From Octopus vulgaris (taxonomy: Eukaryota), in the NCBI GenBank assembly GCA_951406725.2, contig OX597818.1:54560001-54624000 (forward strand): 64,000 nucleotides of DNA, given 5' to 3'. Numbering within the stretch: position 1 is the first letter of the stretch; every line of letters begins with the position of its first letter. The notes beneath the pieces were generated by a model, which worked only from the letters and a program-made list of their open reading frames with translations, was not told the DNA's origin and searched no databases. Made by a program: the position numbers and the translations under genes. Shown here one piece after another: positions 27,469 through 40,790 of the stretch.

Positions 27469-28010
27469 GAATGTATGTATATACTTATAAATATTTTGTT
27501 TGTCGTGTGTACGGCATACCGGATGTGTAATGTACGTAATTCGATTCTAACATTTTCTTTAAACCAGGCTTATGGTGGATTACACATATTGTCGGATTGG
27601 GAAGATCAAGGATTGATAACGGCTGAATAGTTTAAATTGATGTCGGCGTACTTTTAGGTAGTCACGTGGTGTCTGACCTCAATTGCCATCGGGTATCGAT
27701 CATGATGTTGATTTGGCTGGAGAGGTCTTTCTTTAAACAAGCTAACCACTATCTGTCATTTCTTCTCAGTACCTACTGGCGAATGTAATCGTCTAAACGC
27801 TTGACTGAACTTAATTGTAAATCCAAATACGTAATCCTTGTTTACGTTACGTACGACAAGCAACGAGGTAACCTCTTTGTGGTCATTCGATCTCCTAGAA
27901 AAGCCTCCTCGCTTCATAGAGACAATGCTATGATAATTATCACAGGTTATCATCCAAATATCAATCCTACCGTATTAAAAAAAATGGAAGACATTGGTTC
28001 ATACAGTCCG

Positions 28011-28502
28011 AGTGGAGGCGCGTGGCTTAGTGGTTAGGGTGTTGAAGGCGGGGAGCTAGCAGAGACGTTAGCACTCCGGGCGAAATGCGTAGCCGTATTT
28101 CGTCTGACGTTACGTTGTGAGTTCAAATTCCGCCGAGGTCGACCTTACCTTTCATCCTTTCGGGATCGATAAATTAAGTACCAGTTACGCACTGGGGTCG
28201 ATGTAATCGACTTAATACCCATGTCTGTCCTTGTTTGTCCCCTCTATGTTTAGCCCCTTGTGGGTAATAAAGAAATAGATTAGGGTGTTGAACTCATGAT
28301 CGTAAGGTTGTGGTTTCGATTCCTGGACCGGGCGATGCGTTGTGTTCTTGAGCAAAACACTTCATTTCACATTGCTCCAGTCCACTCAGATGGCAAAAAT
28401 GAGTAACGCTGTGATGGACTGGCGTCCCGTTCAGGTGGGGAATTTCTACTCTACTGAAACCGGGAAACCGGCCCTTATAAACCTGGCATGGCTCGAGAAG
28501 GA
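28011..28502 (+). mobile_element. V-domain-like tRNA SINE interrupted by a SINE B monomer (about 28046-28277)
   Basis: TSD ttagggtgttgaa around the B copy; tail gtgatggactggcgtcccgttcagg. Confidence 0.75.
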
Positions 28503-28706
28503 GCATACAGTCCAGGATATACATGATGATGGCTGGCATGCCCACTCTTGGTTGCCGTATTGAAGGCAGAGTGTTAAACCACGGGTGGATTCAAGTTAAA
28601 ACTATGTTAAACACAGTCATCATCAGAGATAATGTGTTTGCTGATGACAGCATATTTTATGTTAATTTATATGCTTACATGCAATGCATAAACTTTGGTG
28701 TCGTTA

Positions 28707-29102
28707 TCTTTATATATAAAAGTGAGGTTGTGTGCTGTCTGTCTCCTACGATTTAGATTTCTAACTACTCCCACATTTTGCGGTGCAGTTTAAGCAAAAC
28801 CGGGTATCTTATAGTCGTGATTCATATCGAGCCCTTCTGGGTATTAGCGCGCGTCAACGATGAGTCTACGATTTAAAAAAAAATTACCATCAATTTTTCC
28901 CATTTTTAATGCATTTTTGGCATATATAAGGGAAGTAACTCTCTAAAAATTTATTATTAAATCTCAGAATGTAAAAAGCTACAGTAACCTCCCACCCTTT
29001 GTGGTTAGCCATATTGAGATGGCTATTATACTTTACATCTCTAAAAATGCTTATATAGTTATTTCCCTTACAAACCCGAGCAACGGCGGGCGATACTGCT
29101 AG
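28707..29102 (+). mobile_element. Non-autonomous Helitron
   Basis: A|TC ... hairpin-CTAG|T; near-identical to 42715-43089. Confidence 0.88.
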
Positions 29103-29300
29103 TTGTAAATAAAGAACAGCCGGCCTCAGGGAAAATTTTGCTTTTGTCTAAACACCAGAAGCAAGATAAAGTGGCTCTATGGAGTGAAAAGGCTTACCTG
29201 TCTTAGCAGTACACTTCCACAAAAATATCATTAATGGTGATGTAAGAGTGAGGAATCGGAGAGATCAGCACCGCTTTTGGTAGACGGTATGACAATGTTT

Positions 29301-30252
29301 AAGGCGGCGAGCTGGCAGAACCGTTAGCACGCCGGGCGAAATGCTTAGCGGTATTTCGTCTGTGTTTACGTTCTGAGTTCAAATTCCGCCGAGGTCGACT
29401 TTGCCTTTCATCCTTTCGGAGTCGATGAAATAAGTACCAGTTACGCACTGGGGTCGATGTAATCGACTTAATAATTATGTCTGTCCTTGTTTGTCCTCTC
29501 TGTGTTTAGCCCCTTGTGTGTAGTAAAGAAATAGGTATTTCGTCTGCCGCTATGTTCTGAGTTCAAATTCCGCCGAGGTCGACTTTGCCTTTCATCCTTT
29601 CGGGGGTCGATTAAATGAGTACCAGTTACGCACTGGGGTTGATATAATCGACTTAATCCGTTTGTCTGTCCTTGTTTGTCCCCTCTGTGTTTAGCCCCTT
29701 GTGGGTAGCAAAGAAATAGGTATTTCGTCTGCCGCTACGTTCTGAGTTCAAATTCCGCCGAGGTCGACTTTGCCTTTCATCCTTTCGGGGGTCGATTAAA
29801 TAAGTACCAGTTACGCACTGGGGTTGATATAATCGACTTAATCCGTTTGTCTGTCCTTGTTTGTCCTCTCTGTGTTTAGCCCCTTGTGGGTAGTAAAGAA
29901 ATAGGTATTTCGTCTGCTGTTACGTCCTGAGTTCAAACTCCGCCGAGGTCGACTTTGCCTTTCTACCTTTCGGGGTCGATTAAATAAGTAACAGTTACGC
30001 GCTGGGGTCGATATCATCGACTTAATCCGTTTGTCAGTACTTGTTTGTCCTCTCTGTGTTTAGCCCCTTGTGGGTAGTAAAGAAATAGGTATTTCGTCTA
30101 CCGTTACGTCCTGAGTTCAGTTTCCGCCGAGGTCGACTTTGCCTTTCACCCTTTCGGAGTCGATTAAATAAGTACCAGATACGCACTTAATCCGTTTGTC
30201 TGTCCTTGTTTGTCCTCTCTGTGTTTAGCCCCTTGTGGGTAGTAAAGAAATA
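29301..30252 (+). mobile_element. SINE group B pentamer
   Basis: Units at 29351, 29535, 29720, 29905 and 30089; the whole array is flanked by ggtatgacaatgttt / ggtatgacagtgtct. Confidence 0.9.
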
Positions 30253-30553
30253 GGTATGACAGTGTCTGGAACTGGAAAAGTATCAAATTATAGGGACAAA
30301 ACTGAAAGTGTACAGCACAATTGGGTTCCTACATGCACGTTGATCTCCGTTAGTGAAACATGGATTGTATATCAACGTCACACAAAAGGCCACTTTAAAA
30401 CCTCAACATCATCCGTCTTACACGTATTGAGTACTCTCCGTTATTTTATGGACGGAGAAAAATATGTCGCAATCGGAGATGATAATTCCTTTAATTCATT
30501 TCAGCCAAACAGCTTTTAAGATATTACTACAACCTTTTATTTGCTCTTTCCAG

Positions 30554-30624
30554 GTCGCTGGTGATACAGAATCTGACAGATGAGAGATTATATGATAATC
30601 GAATATCGCCACATTTTGATCTTG
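30554..30624 (+). CDS. Cys-loop ligand-gated anion-channel-like subunit, first visible coding exon (N-terminal helix, SLVIQNLTDERLYDNRISPHFDL)
   Basis: Acceptor ttgctctttccag, donor G|gtaagt, 71 bp, phase 2 to phase 1. YDNRISP aligns with the GlyR/GABA-A YDxRIRP motif. The last G joins AG of the next exon to give Glu in frame. Confidence 0.88.
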
Positions 30625-30760
30625 GTAAGTTTTCTTCTCTTTGATATCGATTCAACAGATTCCATTCTATTTGCAAAACAGTCGAAAATATATCACCAGT
30701 CTGGAATCAAATTGGTCAAGATGTTCGGGTACCAGGCATGGGTTCGATGGTACAAGCCTT

Positions 30761-31361
30761 AAGGCGGCAAGCTGGCAGTAACGTTAACACGTCCGGCGAA
30801 ATGCTCAACGGTATTTCGTCTGCCGATACGTTCTGAGTTCAAATTCCGCCGAGGTCGGCTTTGCCTTTCATCCTTTCGGGGTCGATAAATTAAGTACAAG
30901 TTACGCACTGGGGTCGATATAATCGACTTAATCCGTTTTTCTGTCCTTGTTTGTCCCCTCTGTGTGTAGCCCCTTGTGAGTAATAAAGAAATAGATATTT
31001 CATCTGCCGCTACGTTCTGAGTTCAATTTCCGCCGAGGTCGACTTTGTCTTTCATCCTTTCGGGGTCGATGAAATAAGTACAAGTTACGCACTGGGGTCG
31101 ATATAATCGACTTAATCCGCTTGTCTGTCCTTGTTTGTCCTCTCTGTGTTTAGCCCCTTGTGGGTAATAAAGAAATAGGTATTTCGTCTGCCGATACGTT
31201 CTGAGTTCAAATTCTGCCGAGGTCGACTTTGCCTTTCATCCTTTCGGGGTCGATAAATTAAGTACCAGTTACGCACTGGGGTCGATATAATCGACTTAAT
31301 CCGCTTGTCTGTCCTTGTTTGTCCTCTCTGTGTTTAGCCCCTTGTGGGTAGTAAAGAAATA
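30761..31361 (+). mobile_element. SINE group B trimer
   Basis: Three units flanked by TSD ggtacaagcct. Confidence 0.9.
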
Positions 31362-32113
31362 GGTACAAGCCTAATCGCAAGCATTATATTGTGCCCATTG
31401 CCAAAATATTAACATCCAAATTTATCAACGGATCAGTCAGTTTGTTTAGTTTATGATAATCCCAAATGACAGTCAAAAATGAAGGCAGACTGATTACTAG
31501 TGACGTTAGAGGATCGGACAAAATGTCTCGTGATAAAGAATTTGGAAACTGGAAAAGTCTTTGGGAAATGACAACGGACTGAACATGATCAATATACTAA
31601 ATAATAACACTGTCAGCATAAAACATGTCGTTAGTCACTTGGTTGGTATACGTTTGTAGCAATCTCAGTAGTCACAGCATTAATGATGTAAACGCCTTTT
31701 GTTAACGTCGCCGTACACTGGAAGAATGGAAACCTTATGAAGATCCCGAGAAAGAGAAAGTAGTGGAGGAGTTATGTTTGAAGGACTATATGAAGTTTAC
31801 GAAGGAGAAATGTCGAAGCATGGTGGAATACTTCTGCTTCTTAGAGATCGAGGAAGGGTTCAACGTTCGCATGAGTGGTACGTCTGCTCCGTTAGACAGT
31901 GCTTGAATTATATATTTAACCTTGTTTTCGAAACAGAGGATGCGGTTCAGTGACAGTCAACGTTCATGCAATACACGCTCGCATATAGACTGATAACCCA
32001 TTATATGGGGCGAAGAAATCTGTGAATTACATTAAAAGCATGAATGTGTATATAACCAGAGTTGATTGTGAGCACAAAAGAATTCGGAGAGTACGAACCA
32101 CCAGCAAAAATAT

Positions 32114-32170
<57 letters not shown>

Positions 32171-32229
32171 GTATATATATATATATATATAAATGTATGT
32201 ATGTATGTATGTATGTATGTATATCTCTC

Positions 32230-32642
32230 TTTTACTCTCTTTTACTTGTTTCAGTCATTTGACTGTGGCCATGCTGAAGCACCGCCTTTACTCGAGCCAA
32301 TCGACCCCAGGACTTATTCTTTGTAAGCCTAGTACTTATTCTATCGGTCTCTTTTGCCGAACAGCAAGGTTACGGGGACGTAAACACACAAGCATCGATT
32401 GTCAAGCGATGTTGGAAGGGGGGCCAAACAAAGACATACAAACACACACACACATATATGCATATACATGTATACGACGGTCTTCTTTCAGCCTCCGTCT
32501 ACCAAATCCGCTCACAAGCTTTTGGTCGGCCCGAAGCTATAGTAGAAGACACTTGTGCCCAAGGTGCCACCCAGTGGTACTGAACTCGGAACTATGTGGC
32601 TGGTAAGCAAGCTACTTACCGCGCCAGCCACTCCTGCGCCTA
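32230..32642 (-). mobile_element. SINE group A
   Basis: Reverse complement of the group A consensus. Confidence 0.85.
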
Positions 32643-32704
32643 TGTATATATATGTATGTATGTACGTATCTATCTATCTATCTATGTATGTATCTATCTA
32701 TCTA

Positions 32705-32773
<69 letters not shown>

Positions 32774-32824
32774 ATATTTATATATATATGTGTACATATA
32801 TATATATATATATACATACATACA

Positions 32825-32856
<32 letters not shown>

Positions 32857-33227
32857 AGGCTTCACTTCCACACGCTACCTTAATTTAATTCGTCCTTAGT
32901 CGAAAGACCCCTGTTGTTATGTCCTGTTAATTGCATTTGTATTTGTGTAACATTTCTGTGGTTTTTCGTCCTTGTTTTCGTATACATTCGCTTCTTTCTT
33001 CCAATGATTCTAATGCTCTTAGCATAGCTTTTCCTTGAGGATGGCCAGATTGGAGCAATCTCGAGTATAACCAGCCGAAATTACAAAGATAATCTGGAAC
33101 TCGACTGAGGAAAGAAAACTCTGAATGACCCGTCCTTGTTTTCTTTGTATCGCCTGTCTGAATGTTTTGTTGTCCCCTTTTATATCACCTAGCTGTCTGG
33201 ATGTCTTGCGTTCTTGTCCCATTTTTG

Positions 33228-33276
<49 letters not shown>

Positions 33277-33306
33277 CGTATACACACACACACACACACA
33301 CACACA

Positions 33307-33342
<36 letters not shown>

Positions 33343-33350
33343 TATATACG

Positions 33351-33651
33351 TGGAGGCGCAATGGCCCACTGGTTAGGGCAGCGGAATCGCGGTCGTAGGA
33401 TCGCAGTTTCGATTCCCAGACCGAGCGTTGTGAGTGTTTATTGAGCGAAAACATCTAAAGCTCCACGAGGCTCTGGCAGGGGGTGGTGGCTATCCCTGCT
33501 GTACTCTTTCGCCACAACTTTCTCTTACTCTTTCTTCTGTTGGCCTGCTCGCTTAGAAAGCGGGGTGGCGTCATTTGAAGGCTAAAATAATGCGAATCGC
33601 ATTGTGAAAGCGATGTGTAGCAATACCTGATAGCCTGGTGATCACGGTGAT
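33351..33651 (+). mobile_element. SINE group C, tail 2 (second copy 52696-52995)
   Basis: Same tRNA head and body as the 1779 copy up to ctttctctcactct, then a different tail ending gcctggt(cggt)gatcacggtgat. Confidence 0.85.
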
Positions 33652-33712
33652 ATATATACATACACACACACACACACACACGCATACACATACACATACA
33701 CACACGCACACG

Positions 33713-33746
<34 letters not shown>

Positions 33747-33748
33747 GG

Positions 33749-33832
<84 letters not shown>

Positions 33833-34462
33833 CAGACAGATAGATAGATATACTTGTAGGTATAGAAATCATAATTTGCCCCCTGAACAGCGGCGTTCAT
33901 GATGATGTCTTACATAATTATTCTTAATACTTTCCGTCAAATTCGAACGCAAATATGCTAATCGCTTTTGTGTACGTCACAAGCGATCAGCCTCTCTTTA
34001 CAACGACTGCGTGTGCTTAACACATTCGATTCATTGGTGTAAGGGATTTTAGGACACTGGTGTTTCGATATCTTATATTTCGTATGCTAAAAGTACCCGA
34101 ATCTTTAAATCTAAAGAAAAGCTGAGGTTTTGTTTTATTTTTAATTTTTTTGCTTTACATAATTTCCGCGAACAAACTGTTAGCTGGTTCGTGCTGATGT
34201 CCGGCGACCAATAATACATTGTTATTTGCACTGTGAACAATGGGAATTCACGCACGCGCGTACATACACACACACACACGTGCACGCGCGCGCACACGTG
34301 CATACAGACGTATTACCACTACCACCACGGCTACTACCGGGGCGCCACCGTCACCCGCAGAATCCCCATCACTGCTACCGCTGTTACTATCAATATGTAA
34401 ATAACGCAATTTCTGGACATGTTGGTATTGAAGAAGCCTGATTACTGCTTGGCATTGCCTCT

Positions 34463-34805
34463 TGATGATGATGATGATGATGATGACGACGATGATGATG
34501 ATGGCGACGATGATAATGATAATTACGACTACGACGATGATGATAATTATGACGACGATGATGACGATGACGATGACGACAACGATGATGATGATGACGA
34601 TGACAACGTCGACGATGATTATACCAATGATGGTGATGATGATGACGATGACGATGATGATGATGACGATGATGATGATGATGACGACGACGACGATGAT
34701 GATGATAACTACGACGACGATGATGACGATCTCGATGATGATGATGATGACGACGTCAACGATGATTATGCCAATGATGGTGATGATGATGACGATGATG
34801 ATGAT
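34463..34805. repeat. Compound (GAT/GAC)n trinucleotide repeat with internal higher-order duplication
   Basis: aactacgacgac and acgtc.acgatgattat.ccaatgatggtgatgat each recur twice. Confidence 0.85.
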
Positions 34806-36104
34806 CCAGTCCCACCTCCTCTACATTCTCCACCTCTTCTTCTTCTTTTTCTTCATCATCATCATCATCATCATCATCATCTTCATCAAATCTTTTCTTT
34901 GCTCTTTTTAGTGTATATATAAAATTCAAGATTGTAACCATAGCAAACAACCTTACCTTACACTTTCAGTAAACCATGATCCATTGGGAGCGGGGGGAGG
35001 GGGAGGGGGGATGTTGGAATTGGTTGTGCGGAAACCATTGATCATGTGCTGTGTAGGTGTGCATGCGCGTGTGTGTGTGTGTTTGTGCGTGCCTATGTGC
35101 ATGCATATGTTATGTGTGTGTGTGTGTGTGTGTATGTGTGTGCGGTTAGTTCGTCTTTGAAGTTGGTTCACTCCTTATGGACAGGTAAAGCACAGTTAAG
35201 TACATACAATAAAACTGAGCAATCAGTTTTGCTATTTGCTACAAAGACAGACCGACGGGCCAACGGACAGACAGGGCCCGCAGAAGAAAAAAACAACAAC
35301 AAAGCGACATCTGCAGAATTAATGAGAGGCTGCAAAAATCAATCACATTAGAAAATTCGAACTCATTCCCTCCCCTTCCATCACCTCTGCCTTTCACCCA
35401 GTCTATTCCTCTCCCGCATCCGTCTTGTTTTTCTCTTTCGTGAATGCTGGTTTTCTTTTGCGGGTCCGATATTTGCTGACTCCTATGTCAAGTTGAAACT
35501 GCTGTTTGCTTTTCGGTATTGATTGTCCAAGGTTAAAGACAAGATCAGCAAGTTTCTTGAAAGAAAGGACTATTGTTGATTATATCATCGTCCTGCTGTT
35601 TATTTTATTGCTTCTGAAGAGATGAAGAGATGAAAGTCAATATTAGCGGAGTGAAGGCGAAGATGGCGTTCAAGCCAACAGGTTCGAGAGATGACAAACT
35701 ATTTGCAGTGCGAATATCCCAGTTTTAACATGTTTGTTTACTCACACAGAGCATCACTTATCTCAATGCTGTCTCATCGTCTTTCGTCATTTCATTCTTT
35801 AAGTGCCTCATCTAGAAGATATTTCTTTATTGCCCACAAGGGGCTAAACATAGAGGGGACAAACAAGGACAGACAAAGGGATAAAGTCGATTACATCTAC
35901 CCCAGTGAGTAACTGGTACTTAATTTATCGACCCCGAATTTATCGGCGGAATTTGAACTCACAACGTAGTGGCAGACGAAATACGGCTACGCATTTCGCT
36001 CGGCGTGAAGAACCTGGCGGTTGAGAGAATCTCTCCATATGCATGACCGGTTTAATTCTTCGGTTTTACTTTAAAGTTTGAATCAGTATTTAAAAAAAAC
36101 GATA

Positions 36105-36413
36105 AACGTCGCCCTTTTCAAGCCTAGCCAGGCCCATGGGCCCGGTTTCCCTGTTTCTATGGCGTATGTGTTCTCCCCAGCTGGACGGGACGCCAGTGCA
36201 TCGCAGCGTTACTCAACAAACAGGAAGAGAGAGAGTGAGAGAAAATTGTGGCGAAAGAGTACAACAGGGGTCACCACCACCCTCTGCCGGAGCCTCGTGG
36301 AGCTTTTAGGTGTATTCGCTTAATAAACACACACAACGCCCAGTCCGGGAATCGAAACCGCGATCCTCCGACCGCGAGCCCGCTGCCCTAACCACTAGGC
36401 CATTGCACCTCCA
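36105..36413 (-). mobile_element. SINE group C, tail 3 (V-domain-like)
   Basis: Group C head with tail gcgatgcactggcgtcccgtccagctgggg. Confidence 0.8.
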
Positions 36414-36705
36414 CCTGAACACGCAATTAAATGAAAGGCAACTTTAATCAAGGCAATTTTATCTTCTTTCAACAATTGTTTTCCTAATAACTAGGATCCT
36501 ATATTTAAAACGACAATATTACGCACATACTTAGAAATACTCACACATACTTACACACACACACATTCATCAATATAGATATTTATTATTCTTAAACAGC
36601 AATATCGTTGACAGTGACTTCGAAGCTTCGGCCACCCAGCCATTGTTAGACGATGACTTAGTTGGCCAAAATTTCCAAGTCTCTGTCAGTAACATTCTTC
36701 CTTTA

Positions 36706-37340
36706 GGGCGGCGAGCTGGCAGAAACGTTAGCACGACGGGCGAAATGCGTAGCCGTATTTCGTTTGCCGCTACGTTCTGAGTTCAAATTCTGCTGAGGTC
36801 GACTTTGCCTTTCGTCCTTTCGGGGTCGATTAAATAAGTACCAGTTACGCACTGGGGTCGATGTAATCGACTTAATCCGTTTGTCTGTCCTTGTTTGTCC
36901 CCTCTGTGTGTAGCCCCTTGTGGGTAGTAAAGAAATAGGTATTTCATCTGCCGCTACGTTCTGAGTTCAAATTTCGACGAGGTCGACTTTGCCTTTCATC
37001 CTTTCGGGGTCGATAAATTAAGTACCAGTTACGCACTGGGATCGATGTAATCGACTTTAGTCTCTTTGTCTGTCCTTGTTTGTCCCCTCTATGTTTAGCC
37101 CCTTGCGGACAATAAAGAAATAAGAATTGTTAGCACGCCGAGCGAAATGCTTATCGGTATTTCGTCTGCCGCTACGTTCTGAGTTCAAATTCCGCCGAGG
37201 TCAACTTTGCCTTTCATCCTTTCGGGGTCGATTAAATAAGTACCAGTTACGCACTGGGGTCGATATAATTGACTTAATCCGTTTGTCTGTCCTTGTTTGT
37301 TCTCTTTGTGTTTTGCCCCTTGTGGGTAATAAAGAAATAA
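36706..37340 (+). mobile_element. SINE group B dimer plus adjacent 5'-truncated copy
   Basis: Units at about 36756 and 36939, plus a copy from 37128. Confidence 0.85.
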
Positions 37341-37650
37341 ATAATATTCTTCCTTAAGAATAATCCATTCTACTATAGGCACAAATCCTGAAATATTGGG
37401 GGAGGGAAGAGTCGATCACATCGATCGCAGCACTATTGACTGATACTTAATTAATCGACGTCGGAAGGATGAAAGACAAAGTCAACAGCGGCGGAATTTG
37501 AACTCAGAACGTAGCAACGGGCGAAATCCCGCTAAGTATTTTGCCGGGCATGCTAACGATTCTGCTAGCTCGCCGCTTTAAGAATAATAAAATTCTGCTC
37601 TACAAAACTGAACATAAAACAAACATTAGAATATAAACCTAAAGCAAGCC

Positions 37651-37729
<79 letters not shown>

Positions 37730-38442
37730 GCGATCCCATTGTAATTTCAAATAAATTAAACAAACTATTATTACCAGATCAGTACCATAATGTGTCATTG
37801 AATTTAATAAGTGTTTTTCAAGCTAATAGAATAATATCAATTTCCAATGATGTAATATCAGTGAGATATTTGGCTAAAATTATAGCTTTATTTAATACGA
37901 ACAAAACACGGTGCTGTGTTGTTAAACATTTAAACCAAATTTTCTCAAAACAACTTGTCCGACCGTCCCATAGGCTTCCCCTTTGAGAAACACTGATTTA
38001 ACCTAAATTTGAGACACCAGCAAAAGAAGAAATAAAGATAGACATTTTTTTTTTATTCCAAAGAAAAACGATTTTATTCACACAAATATGCAACCGAAGA
38101 GTTTAAAGTACCAGTAATGATAAGGCTGTTGACTGGGAGAACACAAACATGGTTTAAACAGAAAGCTTGGCAGGAAAGAAACGTGCCTTTAAGCAGTACA
38201 AAAACAACAAAAAATGGAAGGTGTAGTTATGTACAGATTGTCGGAAGAAAAGCAGGACAAAAACGGCTTTATCGATCGCATTCTCACCTGGAATCGATTT
38301 CTGTAATTTTTTCAAGGCTTATACACGCCCTGATACAGTCGGTATCTACACATCAAATTTGAGCGCAATCGGATGGAGGATGCCCGAGATCCGAGAAGAC
38401 ACACACACAGACAAACAGACAGAACGGATTTTATATGAGATA

Positions 38443-38825
38443 TGGAAGCACTCCGTCGGTTACGACGACGAGGGTTCCGGTTGATCCGAATCAACGGAAC
38501 AGCCTACTCGTGAAATTAACGTGTAAGTGGCTGAGCACTCCACAGACACGTGTACCCTTAACGTAGTTCTCGGGGATATTCAGCGTGACACAGAGAGTGA
38601 CGAGGCCGGCCCTTTGAAATACAGGTACAACAGAAACAGGAAGTAAGAGTGAGAGAAAGTTGTGGTGAAAGAGTACAGCAGGGATCACCACCATCCCCTG
38701 CCGGAGCCTCGTGGAGCACTAGGTGTTTTCGCTCAATAAACACTCACAACGCCCGGTATGGGAATCGAAACCGCGATCCTATGACCGCGAGTCCGCTGCC
38801 CTAACCACTGGGCCATTGCGCCTCC
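38443..38825 (-). mobile_element. SINE group C, tail 1
   Basis: Near-identical to 41633-42017; TSD tatatgaga. Confidence 0.88.
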
Positions 38826-39186
38826 ATATATGAGACAATTGGTAATATGGATGCATAATAATTGTTAATGTCAAATTGTAAAAACGATAAGTTTGTCTTT
38901 TTAGGTAATAAATGGAACCAAGATATTACTTGATCTTACCCCCTTCTTGAGCTCACTCACTCCTCCATTGCAGCCCCATTATACTCTTTATATCTTTATA
39001 TCGAGTGTTAGCTCGGGGCTAAAGAAGACACCTGTTCAATGAGTCAAGGGTCCACTCAGTGCGACTGGATCCAACTTCTTAACACACACACACACGTATA
39101 TGCATATATATACAAATACATATTTTCAGTCGATCAATCGATGGATTGATAAAATTGAACCATGAACGCACCCAAATACATATCTG

Positions 39187-39254
<68 letters not shown>

Positions 39255-39509
39255 GTATATATATATACGTATTAGAGTGTTAAACTCTTCGGCATGCAAA
39301 TTATGGACTCCGTCATAGAGTAACTGCTGCATTTGTTGAGTATATTAAACAGTTTGGCTGCTTGTTTCTTTGTGTCTCTCAGAATGATTTGGACTCCGTT
39401 GATGAGAACCCAATAAGGTTCGAAAATCGATTGACATTGTTATTCATTTTCTTCAGTCTGCGGAGACATTGCTAAAATTCGCCCTGCTTATAATTTTACC
39501 ATATGTTAC

Positions 39510-39568
<59 letters not shown>

Positions 39569-39689
39569 AAGAGAGAGAAAATAGTAAAAAGTGAAAAAAC
39601 TACAGAAGGCTTGTTTTAAAAGGTTAAAAAAATATATATTTGAGTCATTATGTCAGAAGATTGTTATAAATTTTTTTCATACAATGACA

Positions 39690-40030
39690 TAGTTTTTGAA
39701 GAAATGACCGGTTTCGCGTTCAGCTTTTGAAATTTCTTACATCGTTATGTTTTCGTTGAGAAGTGTAAAGTAGAGTTCCAGATAAGGGGAGGTAATAAGT
39801 GATTTCTTCCGGTGTAAGGGAGATAATCGCTTAATATTTCTTGCCTTTTTGCGGGGGTGAGTTTCTCTGTATAAGAATGTTGGAATGGTTAAGTTTGAGC
39901 TTGTATTTTTCAATGAAGAATGTTTCCTTGTTTAGTCTAATTTGTGTTGGTGTTCCGATAGCACATTGGTAGAATGGGAAGATTAAAAATTGTGGTAGTA
40001 GTTGCTTTGCGCATTTCTCAATGTGCTCAC
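39690..40030 (-). mobile_element. Penelope-like element 3' remnant (GIY-YIG C-terminus plus degenerate hammerhead)
   Basis: 39887-40030 (-) reads SEHIEKCAKQLLPQFLIFPFYQCAIGTPTQIRLNKETFFIEKYKLKLN; GAAACCGGTC lies downstream at about 39706-39715. Confidence 0.7.
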
Positions 40031-40517
40031 TAAAGGGTACGTGCTTTCATACACCAACTTTCTCACCTATATATATATATATATATATATTTATACATAC
40101 ACGCACACTCATACGAACTCATGTATGGTTACGCACAAATGCAAACACACATACGTATTTATTTATATATGTTTGTCATTCAGTATCTCGCTCCCCTTCA
40201 CTATCGGACTGTCTGTGGTGGCATGTAAGAGATAGTTTAAACGGAACAGCTGAGTTAAAAGTCGTTTCTACTCTATCATCATCACTATGACCATCACCAA
40301 CAGGAAGGTATTTAACCCCATCATACATACAATGCCTTTGAGGTGACCGCAAAGAAAAAACAAAGAATTCTTTGTGTATCACATGAGCCGCTTTTTTTTC
40401 TTGTCTCTCAGATTGTTAACAAATCGTTACGTGTATTTTCAAGAAGATTTCTGCCAACATTGTAAGCTCCTAGTGCCCACCCTTCCAGAACCTAGACAAC
40501 TCTGTAAGTAACACAGC

Positions 40518-40790
40518 GGGATTCTTTCGATATAACTCGACAAAATCAAAACATTTCACTTCGGGTATCTCCGTGGAAGCAAATGACAGTTCGATTCTGT
40601 TTTCTGCTTGGAAATCTGCGGATTTTACATACACACCTGAAACAGGTAAGAACAAATATGCAAGGCTTTGTTTTTTCAAGTCTAAAACGAGACATTGCTG
40701 GTATAATTTCGTTATATCTATACTCCACAACCCGCGGATATACCCGAAGTGAAATGTTTTGATTTTGTCGAGTTATATCGAAGGAATGCC
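40518..40790. mobile_element. MITE with ~58 bp TIRs and 8 bp TSD (Merlin-like)
   Basis: aacacagc|gggattctttcgatataactcgacaaaatc ... gattttgtcgagttatatcgaaggaatgcc|aacacagc. Confidence 0.8.

Larger units (their letters stand above)
28550..30430 (+). pseudogene. Ancient RTE (BovB-like) reverse transcriptase fragment split by a Helitron and a SINE B pentamer
   Basis: Collinear pieces: VKTMLNTVIIRDNVFADD (28600-28650), LSSTL...GEISTAFGR (29190-29290), TKLKVY...SETWIVYQRH (30295-30385). Confidence 0.7.

Noticed and set aside
29301-30252. Regular arrays (SINE B multimers, 55-59 kb satellite) as CRISPR-like loci
   Set aside because: Whole units repeat with no unique spacers, no cas genes, and the context is eukaryotic.
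31380-32100. Possible decayed RT fragment
   Set aside because: Only vague similarity; no motif I can support.
33025-33120. Possible hammerhead (TTGAGGA-TGGC...GCC-GAAA-TTA...TAA-TC)
   Set aside because: Core is altered and the stem I register does not pair convincingly; left as an unassigned repeat.
34419-34922. Poly-Asp ORF resembling acidic biomineralisation proteins
   Set aside because: Intronic trinucleotide repeat, non-ATG start, no signal peptide or splice support.
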